From contig JAHJYC010000001.1 in the NCBI GenBank assembly GCA_018826905.1, positions 1-63,096 of the forward strand: DNA of 63,096 nucleotides, in the 5' to 3' direction. Of the stretch, positions 1 to 9,183 are shown one piece after another. The position numbers and the translations under genes were made by a program. Each line of letters opens with the position of its first letter. Within the stretch, counting starts at the first letter, position 1. The notes below the pieces were generated by a model. The model was given only the letters and a program-made list of their open reading frames with translations. It had not been told where the DNA came from and searched no databases. This DNA is from Patescibacteria group bacterium (GTDB lineage Bacteria; Patescibacteriota; Minisyncoccia; Phycocordibacterales; Phycocordibacteraceae).

Positions 1-185
1 ATGGGCCGATTCTCTTTTCATCCCGCATAGAACCCTCTAGGCAAGGCTTGACGGCTTCAGGGCATTTTCCCAAGGACCTTCTGGTACCGCGCTTGTTCGC
101 GGTGCGCTGGAATCATCCTCAGGCAACTTGTTCACCTTCCCATCCCGGGAAGGAGTGCCTGGAGGGTTCTGTATAGGATGAGAAG
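1..185 (+). ncRNA. Unidentified structured RNA candidate, probably truncated by the window edge
   Basis: No credible ORF. A long-range closing helix pairs 14-37 with 162-185 (CTTTTCATCC/GGATGAGAAG, ATA/TAT, GAACCCTC/GAGGGTTC). Inner hairpins lie at 86-103 and 135-153. An intrinsic terminator follows directly. Confidence 0.3.
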
Positions 186-225
186 ATTAGAAAAACACCG
201 CAGTAAATGCGGTGTTTTTCTAATC
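185..225. terminator. Bidirectional intrinsic terminator (perfect 18-bp inverted repeat)
   Basis: GATTAGAAAAACACCGCA-gtaaa-TGCGGTGTTTTTCTAATC, with A/T tracts on both sides. It overlaps the pilB stop codon. Confidence 0.8.
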
Positions 226-1893
226 TCTTGGAATGTCTACAACCCTAAATACTTCTTCTAGAGAGGAAGTGCCTTCAATTGCCTTGAGAACTCCTTCTTG
301 TGCCATGGTGAGATAACCCTGGCGGCGTACTGATTTTGCAATGTCTCCTTCGCTTGGGTTGTCTCGCAGGAAGGTACCCAACTCTTCGTCCATAAATATT
401 GCTTCGTGCACACCAACGCGTCCCTTATAGCCGTTCTCTTCTTCATTTTTTGGATCCGGTACCCATACTAAATCAAGGGAAGCGGGAAGAAGGGAGGTGT
501 CTGTAACGGTTGAAAGAATCTTCTCCATGGTGCGCTTCTCTTTGTCTGTTGCAGGCACCTGCTTCTTTGCTTCGGGGTCTAGTGTTCGCACAAGCCGCTG
601 CGCCATAGCTACAGAAATTGCTGAGGCAAATGTCTTTGGATCAACTCCAAGATCAACAAGACGAGGGAAACTCCCGGCAGCATTGTTTGTGTGTAGTGTT
701 GAGAATACAAAGTGTCCCGTGAGTGCTGCTTGTATGGCAACATCAGCAACTTCTGCATCTCTAATTTCTCCTACCATAATAACGTCAGGGTCCTGGCGGA
801 GCACTGAGCGGAGCCCTGAAGCAAAGGTATAGTTCTTCCCGTCTGTCTGTGTCTGTACGATTCCAGGCAAGTGATATTCAACAGGATCTTCAATAGTCAC
901 AATCTTAATCTCTGGTGTATGTATATGTCGCAAAAACGCATACAAGGAGGTAGTTTTTCCTGAACCAGTTGGTCCTGTGGTGAGGAGCATGCCAGTGGGC
1001 CGAGTAATTTCTTCGGTCAAACGTGCGAGGAGCTTTGGATGGAGACCGAGTTTTTCAAAGGAAACACCAAGGTTAGAGGCATCAAGGATGCGCATAACAA
1101 AGGACTCTCCATACGCGCCTGGAATAAGTGAGGTGCGGATATCAATTTCAGAATCTCCAACCGGTACCGTGAAGCGGCCGTCTTGCGCACGGTCGCGGAT
1201 ATTTATCTTTAATCCAGAAAGCAACTTGATGCGCGAAGAGATAAGTTGGTAGGTGTGCGCATCAAAGGTGTATGCGTCCACAAGCTGTCCATCAAGACGC
1301 AAGCGAAGCCGAACGCCGGTTTCTTCAGGTTCTATGTGAATATCAGACGCTCTAAGCGAGAGAGACGCAGCAAGAATATCTTCAAGTACTTTTGAGACCT
1401 GCGCACGCTTTCCTGCCACAAGGACTGCATCAAGATGTTCTTTAAGTACAGAGAGACTTGTAATCTCTCCACGCATGCGTGCAAGCTCGTCTCCGCGAAT
1501 ATCAAACACCCCTGCTTTGCTTTCTGCTGCAAAGGAAAGATCGGTATAGCGAGCAAAGGCAACATCAAGACTTCGTTGGGAAACTAAGAAGCGAGTAAGA
1601 ATGTATCCTTGTGCTTCAAGAGCATGCTCAACTTGAGTGAGCATAAGATTGCTCGGATTGCGCACAGCAAGCGAAAGGTGCTTGCCTGTTTTTTCAAAAG
1701 CGACAGCCTCAGCTTCGTGAGCTTCTTTTTCCGGGATGAGACGAAGCGCATCCATATTAACGGCAACAATTCCGAGATCTGTGTAGGCAAGACCGTACTT
1801 TTCAGAGAGTACTCGCGCCAAATCTTCTTCTTCACGCTCTCGCAAGCTCGCGAGCTTTGCGTCTTCAGCGTCGGTATCAAAATGTGCAGGCAT
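220..1893 (-). CDS. pilB: Type IV pilus assembly / type II secretion ATPase (GspE/PilB family)
   Basis: Walker A GPTGSGKTT and GspE-type motifs throughout. I chose the ATG at 1891-1893 (MPAHFDTDAED...). The upstream 160 codons of the 717-aa ORF run antisense to tsaE and look non-protein-like. Confidence 0.9.
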   Translation of the reverse strand: MPAHFDTDAEDAKLASLREREEEDLARVLSEKYGLAYTDLGIVAVNMDALRLIPEKEAHEAEAVAFEKTGKHLSLAVRNPSNLMLTQVEHALEAQGYILTRFLVSQRSLDVAFARYTDLSFAAESKAGVFDIRGDELARMRGEITSLSVLKEHLDAVLVAGKRAQVSKVLEDILAASLSLRASDIHIEPEETGVRLRLRLDGQLVDAYTFDAHTYQLISSRIKLLSGLKINIRDRAQDGRFTVPVGDSEIDIRTSLIPGAYGESFVMRILDASNLGVSFEKLGLHPKLLARLTEEITRPTGMLLTTGPTGSGKTTSLYAFLRHIHTPEIKIVTIEDPVEYHLPGIVQTQTDGKNYTFASGLRSVLRQDPDVIMVGEIRDAEVADVAIQAALTGHFVFSTLHTNNAAGSFPRLVDLGVDPKTFASAISVAMAQRLVRTLDPEAKKQVPATDKEKRTMEKILSTVTDTSLLPASLDLVWVPDPKNEEENGYKGRVGVHEAIFMDEELGTFLRDNPSEGDIAKSVRRQGYLTMAQEGVLKAIEGTSSLEEVFRVVDIPRD

Positions 1894-1951
1894 AAAGACA
1901 TGATAGCGTGCATTGGAGCGTGTTTCTATCTTGCTTGGTACAATTACTACT

Positions 1952-2386
1952 ATGACGCGCACCCTGGCCAGTCTGGAGGAGCTTGTGGAGGAGGCAAGGC
2001 TTCTAGCGAAACGACTTTCTCCAAAGGAAGGGCGAGCAACTCTCGTAACACTTTCGGGAGAGCTAGGAGCAGGGAAGACTACGTTTGTGCAGGCACTCGC
2101 TTCAGCCCTTGGTGTTACTGAGCACGTAACGAGTCCTACCTTTGTTCTTGCAAAGACATACTCGCTTTCCGGCCAATCTTTTTCAAAGGTGGTGCACATT
2201 GACGCGTACCGTCTCAACAAAGGGGCAGACCTAAAGAGTATCGGGTTTGATGAAGCATATACGGAGCCAGGAACACTCATTGTGTTTGAGTGGCCTGAAC
2301 GTGTTGAGGAAGGTCTGCCTGCAGCAGACATAGAAATAGCTCTCACTGTTACTCCTGAAGAACACAGAATCATTTCCTATGCCTAA
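1952..2386 (+). CDS. tsaE: tRNA t6A37 biosynthesis ATPase TsaE (YjeE)
   Basis: GELGAGKTTF P-loop, SPTF and HIDAYRL motifs. The ATG at 1952 is preferred over the TTG at 1913. Confidence 0.85.
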   Translation: MTRTLASLEELVEEARLLAKRLSPKEGRATLVTLSGELGAGKTTFVQALASALGVTEHVTSPTFVLAKTYSLSGQSFSKVVHIDAYRLNKGADLKSIGFDEAYTEPGTLIVFEWPERVEEGLPAADIEIALTVTPEEHRIISYA

Positions 2387-4754
2387 GTCTTCAAAAAAAA
2401 CACGCCTCGTACTGCTTGATGCGCACGCAATTATTCATCGCGCGTACCATGCGCTCCCAGATTTCACTGGGCCAGACGGAGCGCCAACAGGAGCGTTGTA
2501 CGGACTCTCCGCGATGCTTCTTAAGATTGTTACAGACCTTGCACCAGACTATGTCATTGGCTGTTATGACCTTCCAAAACCTACTATCCGTCACGAGGCC
2601 TACGAAGGATATAAGGCAACAAGGACCACAAGCGACGATTCGCTGGTGGCGCAACTAACCACATCACGTAGGGTCTTTGAGGCATTCTCAGTGCCTATTT
2701 ATGAACGTGAGGGGTTTGAGGCTGACGATATACTCGGCACGATTGTTGAACTCTTAAAGGACGATTCTTCTGTTGAAATTATCATCGCATCTGGAGACAT
2801 GGACACGATGCAGCTTATTGATAAGAAAAAGGTGCAAGTGTATACCCTAAAAAAGGGTCTTAACGACACCATTCTGTACGACGAAGCAGCAGTTCTTGCG
2901 CGCTACGGCTTTGGCCCAGAGCTTATTCCAGACTGGAAAGGGCTCCGTGGAGATCCCTCAGACAATATTGTTGGTGTCCCTGGTATTGGAGAAAAAACAG
3001 GAACCGATTTAGTGCAGAAGTTTGGAACCATAGAAAAATTGTACAAAGCAATCAAAAAGGACGAAGCGGCAGTTCTGGCTGAAGGCATAAAACCACGAAT
3101 TCTAAACCTTCTTAAGGAACACGAAGAAGATGCAGTTTTTTCAAAGATGCTCGCAACAATTCGCACTGATGCACCAATTGCGTTTGTGCTTCCTGAAAAG
3201 ACATGGAGAGAAACAGTCTCTTTGAATAGTTTGCAGGAACTTTTTGATGAGCTTGGATTCCGTTCGTTGCGCGCACGCGCACGCACTGCCCTTGGAGCAG
3301 ACGAAGAGACCGTTGAGATTGAGGAAGAAGAGGAACAGGAAAATGTACCGCAAGAACGTCTGGACGAAGCAGCGGTTATGGTGTGGCTTCTCTCGTCAGA
3401 GTTTACGAACGCAACGCAAGAAGACATTCTTTCGTATACAAAGCGCAGAGACTTTGATTCTGCGTATACAGAATTGGAGCGACTTCTTGCTGAGACAGGA
3501 AGGCTCAAAGAATTGTATGACTCTATAGAGCGCCCGCTCATTCCTGTGCTCCGAAAGATGGAAACACGGGGAGTACGTGTAGACAAGGACGTACTAGAGG
3601 CGCTTCGGAAAGAGTATCGCGCAGAACTTGAGGGGATTGAGCAGTCTATATACAAAGCAGCAGGACGAGAATTCAATATTAGTTCTCCGAAACAGCTCGG
3701 AGACGTGTTGTTTGATGAGATGGGGCTTGCAGCAAAGGGACAAAAGAAAACAGCAACAGGACAGCGCTCCACAAGAGAGTCTGAGCTGGAGAAGCTTCGT
3801 GATCTGCACCCAGTTATCGGAGATGTGCTTAAGTATCGGGGACTGCAAAAACTTCTTTCCACATACATTGAGGCGATACCTCCACTTCTTGATACTGATG
3901 GCAGGCTTCATGCGCAGTTTCTTCAAACAGGAACTACAACAGGACGCATGGCGAGCCAGAGCCCGAACCTGCAGAACATTCCTATTCGGGCAGAACGCGG
4001 AAGAGCGATTCGCCAGGCGTTTATTCCTCAGGAGGGGTATACGCTCGTGGGACTTGATTATTCACAGGTGGAGTTGCGCATTGCAGCAATTCTCTCTGGG
4101 GATGAGAAACTCTGCGATATTTTTAAGAGCGGGAGAGACGTGCATCAAGAAGTGGCTGCTGCTGTGTTTGGTGTAGATCCGAAGGATGTGGACCACGAGA
4201 TGCGAAGACGCGCGAAGATTATTAATTTCGGTATTTTGTATGGCATGGGGGTAAACGCACTCAAGGTACAGCTTGGTACTACGGCAGCAGAGGCACACAC
4301 TTTCTATGATGATTATTTCCAAACATTCAGTACGCTCTCAGAATATTTAGAGAGCACAAAGGGCTTTGCGCGCAAACATGGATATACAGAAACTCTCTTT
4401 GGGAGACGTCGGCAGTTTCCAGAGATGAAGTCTCCATTGCCGTATGTTCGCGCACAGGCTGAACGCATGGCTATTAACGCACCAATACAAGGAACGCAGG
4501 CAGATGTTATTAAGCTCGCCATGGTGCGCATTGATGAACTCCTTCAGAAGGAAGGAAAAGAGGATGATGCACATCTTCTTCTGCAGGTTCACGACGAACT
4601 CGTGTTTGAGATTAAAAATGAACAGGTACAGGAGCTCTCGCAGAAAATTGAAACTGTTATGGAGTCTGCGCTTTCTGTAGACCAGACAAAGGGTGTACCG
4701 ATTCTTGCAGAAGCAAAGTCAGGCCCAAGCTGGGCAGAGATGCAGCCGCTATGA
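2379..4754 (+). CDS. polA: DNA polymerase I (5' nuclease + polymerase domains; reduced or absent proofreading domain)
   Basis: N-terminal 5'-3' exonuclease. Motif A is DYSQVELRIAA, motif B is RRRAKIINFGILYGMG and motif C is QVHDELVFE. Confidence 0.95.
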   Translation: MPKSSKKTRLVLLDAHAIIHRAYHALPDFTGPDGAPTGALYGLSAMLLKIVTDLAPDYVIGCYDLPKPTIRHEAYEGYKATRTTSDDSLVAQLTTSRRVFEAFSVPIYEREGFEADDILGTIVELLKDDSSVEIIIASGDMDTMQLIDKKKVQVYTLKKGLNDTILYDEAAVLARYGFGPELIPDWKGLRGDPSDNIVGVPGIGEKTGTDLVQKFGTIEKLYKAIKKDEAAVLAEGIKPRILNLLKEHEEDAVFSKMLATIRTDAPIAFVLPEKTWRETVSLNSLQELFDELGFRSLRARARTALGADEETVEIEEEEEQENVPQERLDEAAVMVWLLSSEFTNATQEDILSYTKRRDFDSAYTELERLLAETGRLKELYDSIERPLIPVLRKMETRGVRVDKDVLEALRKEYRAELEGIEQSIYKAAGREFNISSPKQLGDVLFDEMGLAAKGQKKTATGQRSTRESELEKLRDLHPVIGDVLKYRGLQKLLSTYIEAIPPLLDTDGRLHAQFLQTGTTTGRMASQSPNLQNIPIRAERGRAIRQAFIPQEGYTLVGLDYSQVELRIAAILSGDEKLCDIFKSGRDVHQEVAAAVFGVDPKDVDHEMRRRAKIINFGILYGMGVNALKVQLGTTAAEAHTFYDDYFQTFSTLSEYLESTKGFARKHGYTETLFGRRRQFPEMKSPLPYVRAQAERMAINAPIQGTQADVIKLAMVRIDELLQKEGKEDDAHLLLQVHDELVFEIKNEQVQELSQKIETVMESALSVDQTKGVPILAEAKSGPSWAEMQPL

Positions 4755-5398
4755 TCTATCTCTTTCATGGTTCAGACGTAGGGAAAGCACGCGCCAAAGC
4801 ATTTGCGTGGGTCTCAGCAGCGAGAGCAAAGGCCCCTGACGCAGCCTACATACGGCTTCAGGGGAAGGAGATATCAGAAGCCGCGCTATACGATGCTATA
4901 GGCTCGCAGGGGCTTTTCTTTTCAAAATCCCTCATTCTCATTGATGATCCGTTCTCAGATAGTGAGGCGGGAGAGACAGTACTCGCTCTTTTAGACGAGC
5001 TTGCGAAGTCGGAAAATCCCGTAGCGATTCTCTCCCCAAAACTACTTGCAGCACAAGCAAAAAAACTTGAAGCAGTTGCTACGAAAGTTTTTAAAGAGGA
5101 GGCGGTACCAAAACGAGCTCGCGGATTTAATGGTCCGCTTGTTAACGCGTTGGCGGCAAAGAGCGGTCCGCTTTTGTGGCAAGAGATACAGAAAGCAGAG
5201 AGACAGGGAGACGCACCTGAACTTGTGCACGGACTCCTCCACTGGAAAGCGAGAGACATGATGCAGAAGGGAGGTACTAAATGGAGCAAGCAGGAAGCGA
5301 GAGCGCTTTCTGTTGAGCTTATTGAGCTCGTGTCTCGCGCCCGCTCAGGGGACCTTCCTCTTTCTGAATCACTAGAGCGCTTTGCGCTTACGCTGTAG
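4751..5398 (+). CDS. DNA polymerase III delta subunit-like protein (short)
   Basis: The N-terminus MIYLFHGSD...LILIDDPF resembles the HolA N-terminal domain. ATGA overlap with polA. Confidence 0.4.
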   Translation: MIYLFHGSDVGKARAKAFAWVSAARAKAPDAAYIRLQGKEISEAALYDAIGSQGLFFSKSLILIDDPFSDSEAGETVLALLDELAKSENPVAILSPKLLAAQAKKLEAVATKVFKEEAVPKRARGFNGPLVNALAAKSGPLLWQEIQKAERQGDAPELVHGLLHWKARDMMQKGGTKWSKQEARALSVELIELVSRARSGDLPLSESLERFALTL

Positions 5399-5921
5399 CA
5401 CGCTGTCTTGCTGCCCTGTACTCATTTGTACTCATGTAAGTCTTTGGATCTGCGCGGTCTGTAAACAAGACTCCGTTTAAATGATCCACTTCGTGTTGAA
5501 TGATGCGCGCAAGAAGACCAGAAGCTTTTAATTCAAATACCGCTCCCTCTATGTCTTGAGCCTGTACGGTTACAGAATATGGTCGTCGTACTTTCCCAAA
5601 GAGTCCTGAGAACGCAACACTCCCACACCCCTCCCATCCAAGCACTTCTCGCTTTGAGGAGACAATGATTTTTGGATTAATGAACACACGAAGCGAATCC
5701 TGAAGGGCGGGGTTACGAACCTTTGTTTTTCGTATCTCAGTAACAAAGATGCGGACGTTACTTCCAATTTGAGGTGCGGCCATGCCGACGAGGTCATTTT
5801 CCCTCATGGAATCTATAAGACGAGAAACTGTTTTTCGTGTCTGTGCGGAGGGCACAGAGGATTCGCGCCGAGATTTGGTGCGGATTATAGGATTGCCTAT
5901 CTGTACCGTTTCTTTACTCAT
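5388..5921 (-). CDS. def: Peptide deformylase
   Basis: GMAAPQIG, EGCGS and QHEVDHLNG motifs. Confidence 0.95.
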   Translation of the reverse strand: MSKETVQIGNPIIRTKSRRESSVPSAQTRKTVSRLIDSMRENDLVGMAAPQIGSNVRIFVTEIRKTKVRNPALQDSLRVFINPKIIVSSKREVLGWEGCGSVAFSGLFGKVRRPYSVTVQAQDIEGAVFELKASGLLARIIQHEVDHLNGVLFTDRADPKTYMSTNEYRAARQRATA

Positions 5922-5927
5922 GAATCT

Positions 5928-6003
5928 TGGTCCACCTACCTGGGCTCGAACCAGGGACCGTCTCCTTAAAAGGGAGCTGCTCTACCAACTGAGCTATAGG
6001 TGG
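5928..6003 (-). tRNA. tRNA-Lys (anticodon TTT), CCA encoded
   Basis: Hand-folded cloverleaf: acceptor CCACCTA/TAGGTGG, anticodon loop CTTTTAA, T-loop GGTTCGAGCC. Confidence 0.9.
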
Positions 6004-6019
6004 TGGTGACGTTATACCG

Positions 6020-6952
6020 CTAATACGTGATGAGGTCTACGGTAAGACCATTCTCGTCAATTAGTTTAATCGCATCTCGCGAAGATTTCCAGAGCTCGTC
6101 TTCTCGGTCCAAATAGATGTGCCACGTACGTCCAGAGAAGTTTGCGTCGTATTGATGTGTCGCAACACAGCCGTTGTAGGTGAGCTGATTATCAATAAGC
6201 GCAAAGCAGGCATTCGTAAGGCTACGACTCTCTTTCGGTGTCTCGCATGACGGGGTGCGCTGCATGAGTGTGTAGCACGCGTCGTCTCTTAGTTTGTTTC
6301 CTGTATAGAAGCGCTCAAACTCGTTGCTTGCTGTCGGGCAATTCTTTTGAAGAGGAGGAGTAAAGCGCTGTGGGCCACCAAGATATCCGGTGCACATGTT
6401 TTCTCTGAAAGAAACTCCAATGGGGGACTCGCCGGAAACAATAATCGCCTCGTCTCCGGGCTGGAGCACAATTGCTCCGCGATCATTTACGCGTCCAGAC
6501 CTTGGAATAAGAGCACCGCTAGGAATACGCTCTTCATCACGAGATGCGCCAGACACTACTCGCCATCCGGTAATTGACACGGGTTCAGAACCAGACGCAC
6601 GAATTGAGAAATACTCATCCTCAGGGTCGGTTGCACCAACGCCTCCGTACCCGCTGATGCTAACGAGTCCTCGTTTTGGAGAAGCTTCTCCGAAGCTCTT
6701 AATTTCAGAACTTTGTTTCTGCAAGAAAGAAACGCGATCTTGGATGCTCATAATATCTGCCCAGACACTTCCAGAACCAGAAGGGGAGTAGGTATCGCCC
6801 TCTCCGTATCCTTCTTGAATAGTGTCTACGTCTGTAATAGGGCTAATGTAGGGCCCCGCAAAGGAAATAGGTTTAGTAGGTCCGCCAGAGGCGTACCACA
6901 GTACAAAAAAGAATAGAATTACAACGAAGAAGAAAAGTGCGTCACTCCTCAT
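6020..6952 (-). CDS. Membrane-anchored protein with lamin-tail-domain-like segment
   Basis: N-terminal TM helix. The segment EYFSIRASGSEPVSITGWRVVS...LQPGDEAIIVSG resembles an LTD fold signature. Cys-rich C-terminus. Confidence 0.55.
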   Translation of the reverse strand: MRSDALFFFVVILFFFVLWYASGGPTKPISFAGPYISPITDVDTIQEGYGEGDTYSPSGSGSVWADIMSIQDRVSFLQKQSSEIKSFGEASPKRGLVSISGYGGVGATDPEDEYFSIRASGSEPVSITGWRVVSGASRDEERIPSGALIPRSGRVNDRGAIVLQPGDEAIIVSGESPIGVSFRENMCTGYLGGPQRFTPPLQKNCPTASNEFERFYTGNKLRDDACYTLMQRTPSCETPKESRSLTNACFALIDNQLTYNGCVATHQYDANFSGRTWHIYLDREDELWKSSRDAIKLIDENGLTVDLITY

Positions 6953-6972
6953 TCTCTCTATAGTAGCAGTAC

Positions 6973-8229
6973 TTAGTAGAGCTTGCGGAGTTCTTCTTGC
7001 ACTACAGTAGCGTCACTCCACGGTGTCTTTGTATTGTTCGCTTCCATGAGATACGGGTCAGTGCCTTTTCCTGTAACAAGGACAGCGTCTCCTGTCTTAG
7101 CGAGGGAGAGTGCGTGAGCGATTGCTTCCCGTCTGTCCATGATAATGGTTGGTTGTCTTTCCATTCCGGCGGCCATATCAGACACAATCTTTTCAGGATC
7201 TTCGTCGTACGGGTCTTCGTTCGTAAGAATAACTTCAGCACAGTACTCTTCAGCAATCTTTCCCATCTCAGGACGCTTCCAGGTATCACGTCCGCCTCCC
7301 GTATTCCCAAGTACACAAATCTTCCTTCGCCCCTCATACGCCTCGTATAGAGCCCGAAGTGAATCTGGAGTGTGGGCGTAATCAACAACAGCATAAAAGT
7401 CTTGGCCTTCTTCCACGCGCTCAGCACGTCCGGGAATTCGTGAAAGCTGCGCAAGTGCTCGTGCAGAAGTTTCTACGGGAACCCCGCACACAGAAGCAGT
7501 CTTAATTGCAGCAAGTGCATTCAATACACTAAATGTTCCAGGGTGCGGAATTGATACCGTGGTGTTCTCGTAAGTGAAAGTTGCTGAATGATCTGTAAGA
7601 GTAACGCTATTTGCATCGGCAAGGGAGAAAGGGATGTTGTTTTCAACAGGAAGTGCTAGGAATCGTTTTCCATATTCGCTCTCTCCATTCGCAACAATAG
7701 TACGAGGACGTTTAGAAGAGCGAGTAAGCGCTTTCCCAATTCTAAACTTTGCAGCGAAGTAGTGCTCCATACTGCCATGGGACTCAATGTGCTCCCGTTC
7801 TAGGTTTGTAAACACAAGTGCATCCATAGAAAGGAAGAGATGGCGATACTGTAGTGCTGCTTCGCTTGTCACTTCAATCACTGCGTGTGTCGCACCCTTG
7901 CGCACCGCTTCGCCTAAAAAGTTTTGTATAAACCCGTGCCCTGGCAGAGTCATCTTAAAAAGATTTGGACGTGTTTCAGTGCCGATGCGGAAATGAATAG
8001 TACTTGAGACAGCAACAGTGTGGCCGTTCTCGGTAAGACATGCGGCAATCATTTCAGTTACAGATGATTTTCCTTTAGTCCCTGTTACTGCTATAACCGT
8101 GAGTTTGTTGGCGGGGAATCCATTCTGCACTGCTCGCAGAAGTGTCCACGCAAGATGATAAGGAGAAAGAAGTGCGCGGTACAACGCGCGTGGAAGAATC
8201 TGTTCCAGTACTCTCTTTATTGCATGCAT
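6973..8229 (-). CDS. murE: Mur ligase, MurE-like (UDP-MurNAc-tripeptide synthetase)
   Basis: VTGTKGKSS P-loop, DYAHTPDSL and GNTGGGRDTWKRPEMG. The ATG at 8227-8229 abuts the ruvA stop, and the longer ORF would overlap ruvA by 200 nt. Confidence 0.85.
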   Translation of the reverse strand: MHAIKRVLEQILPRALYRALLSPYHLAWTLLRAVQNGFPANKLTVIAVTGTKGKSSVTEMIAACLTENGHTVAVSSTIHFRIGTETRPNLFKMTLPGHGFIQNFLGEAVRKGATHAVIEVTSEAALQYRHLFLSMDALVFTNLEREHIESHGSMEHYFAAKFRIGKALTRSSKRPRTIVANGESEYGKRFLALPVENNIPFSLADANSVTLTDHSATFTYENTTVSIPHPGTFSVLNALAAIKTASVCGVPVETSARALAQLSRIPGRAERVEEGQDFYAVVDYAHTPDSLRALYEAYEGRRKICVLGNTGGGRDTWKRPEMGKIAEEYCAEVILTNEDPYDEDPEKIVSDMAAGMERQPTIIMDRREAIAHALSLAKTGDAVLVTGKGTDPYLMEANNTKTPWSDATVVQEELRKLY

Positions 8230-8230
8230 A

Positions 8231-8779
8231 CTATTTCGCAGACAATGCGGCTTTGAGTCGCGCATCTTTCTCCACAATATCTTTCGGTATTCCGGCCAAG
8301 GCAGTTCGGGCTTCTCGTTCGGTGTATCCGAGCGCAACGAGCGTATCAAATACTTCTCCATCAGTATCGCCTCGTGTCTCTCCATTTCCAGGAATCTTTT
8401 CAGAAAGCTCCACACATAACTTTTCGGCAACCTTCTTGCTGAGCCCTATAACGCGAGTGAGGTACATGATATCTCTTGCTGAGATAGCTTCTTGCAGGGA
8501 CTCCTGTGGGCCACGTCTGAGGATGGAAAGGGCAGTCTTAGGTCCTACACCAGAGACTGAGAGAAGAAGCTCAAAGAACGCACGCTCCGCCTCCGTAGTG
8601 AAACCATAGAGGTCAACACCGTCTTGCTTCAAGGAAAGATAGGTTTTAAGCGAAACAGTGCTTCCCAGAGAAAAAGTGTCTGATGAGGGGACTGAAACAA
8701 GGACACCCCACCCGGCCACGTCCACAATAAGACTATCGGTCTCAATGCCCAGAATCGTGCCGCGGATCTCTCTAATCAT
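8231..8779 (-). CDS. ruvA: Holliday junction branch-migration protein RuvA
   Basis: MIREIRGTILG..., HhH motifs (GVGPKTALSIL, GLSKKVAEKL) and a C-terminal domain III. Confidence 0.9.
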   Translation of the reverse strand: MIREIRGTILGIETDSLIVDVAGWGVLVSVPSSDTFSLGSTVSLKTYLSLKQDGVDLYGFTTEAERAFFELLLSVSGVGPKTALSILRRGPQESLQEAISARDIMYLTRVIGLSKKVAEKLCVELSEKIPGNGETRGDTDGEVFDTLVALGYTEREARTALAGIPKDIVEKDARLKAALSAK

Positions 8780-8838
8780 AGTGTGTATCGTAGCATTATC
8801 TTGCGCATATTCACGGAATGCCGTACTATTGCGCCCAC

Positions 8839-9102
8839 ATGGCAATCACTAAGTCTGCAAAGAAAGCGCACCGCGCATCCCTCAAAAAGCACGTATTTAA
8901 CGTGCGTCGCAAGCGTGCCGTCACTGACACCGTTAAGGTAGTTAAAAAGGCTATTACTACTGATGTTAAGGAGGCAGAGAAGTCACTCTCAGCTGCCTAT
9001 AAGGCAATTGATAAGGCAGCAAAGACTGGTGTTATCAAGAAGAACACTGCTTCTCGCAAGAAATCACGTCTTGCTAAGGCAATCGGACGCGCCAAGGCGT
9101 AA
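8839..9102 (+). CDS. rpsT: 30S ribosomal protein S20
   Basis: MAITKSAKKAHRASLKK..., a basic helical protein. Confidence 0.9.
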   Translation: MAITKSAKKAHRASLKKHVFNVRRKRAVTDTVKVVKKAITTDVKEAEKSLSAAYKAIDKAAKTGVIKKNTASRKKSRLAKAIGRAKA

Positions 9103-9112
9103 CGAAGAAGAG

Positions 9113-9141
9113 AAAAAGCCGGATCAAGTACCCGGCTTTTT
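9113..9141 (+). terminator. Intrinsic terminator after rpsT
   Basis: AAAAAGCCGG-atcaagta-CCGGCTTTTT. Confidence 0.75.
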
Positions 9142-9183
9142 CATTTGGTATGCTTAAGGGAGTTACGAATAACCTTTCGTCCT

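Noticed and set aside
82-91. T-box riboswitch (TGGTACCGCG matches the T-box core)
   Set aside because: No plus-strand gene follows, since the next gene is convergent. The terminator is about 90 nt away rather than overlapping the motif. No specifier-loop/Stem I architecture is visible within the window. A 10-mer match could occur by chance in 126 kb of two-strand sequence.
1-185. RNase P RNA, tmRNA, SRP RNA or 6S RNA identity for the structured segment
   Set aside because: There is no GAGGAAAGUCC / ACAGAANCCGGCUUA pair in the right geometry and no tRNA-like T-arm with CCA. There is no GGAA-tetraloop AGCA SRP motif. The interior holds several hairpins rather than a 6S-type bubble. It stays unassigned.
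1894-2373. N-terminal 160 codons of the 717-aa minus-strand ORF (would make a much longer PilB)
   Set aside because: The extension runs antisense through tsaE and has a Ser/Arg/Ala-rich, non-protein-like composition. A clean ATG (MPAHFD...) at 1893 gives a normal-length GspE/PilB ATPase.
2903-3868. 321-aa minus-strand ORF inside polA
   Set aside because: It is an antisense, Ser-rich shadow of the polA frame.
2379-4754. Short DNA polymerase I lacking a 3'-5' exonuclease domain, as a novelty
   Set aside because: Taq-like Pol I enzymes with a vestigial or missing proofreading domain are well known. Motif A lies only about 47 residues closer to the N-terminus than in Taq by my count.
8230-8430. 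Upstream extension of the murE ORF
   Set aside because: It would overlap the 3' end of ruvA by 200 nt. The ATG at 8229 directly abuts the ruvA stop and precedes the conserved Mur ligase N-terminus.
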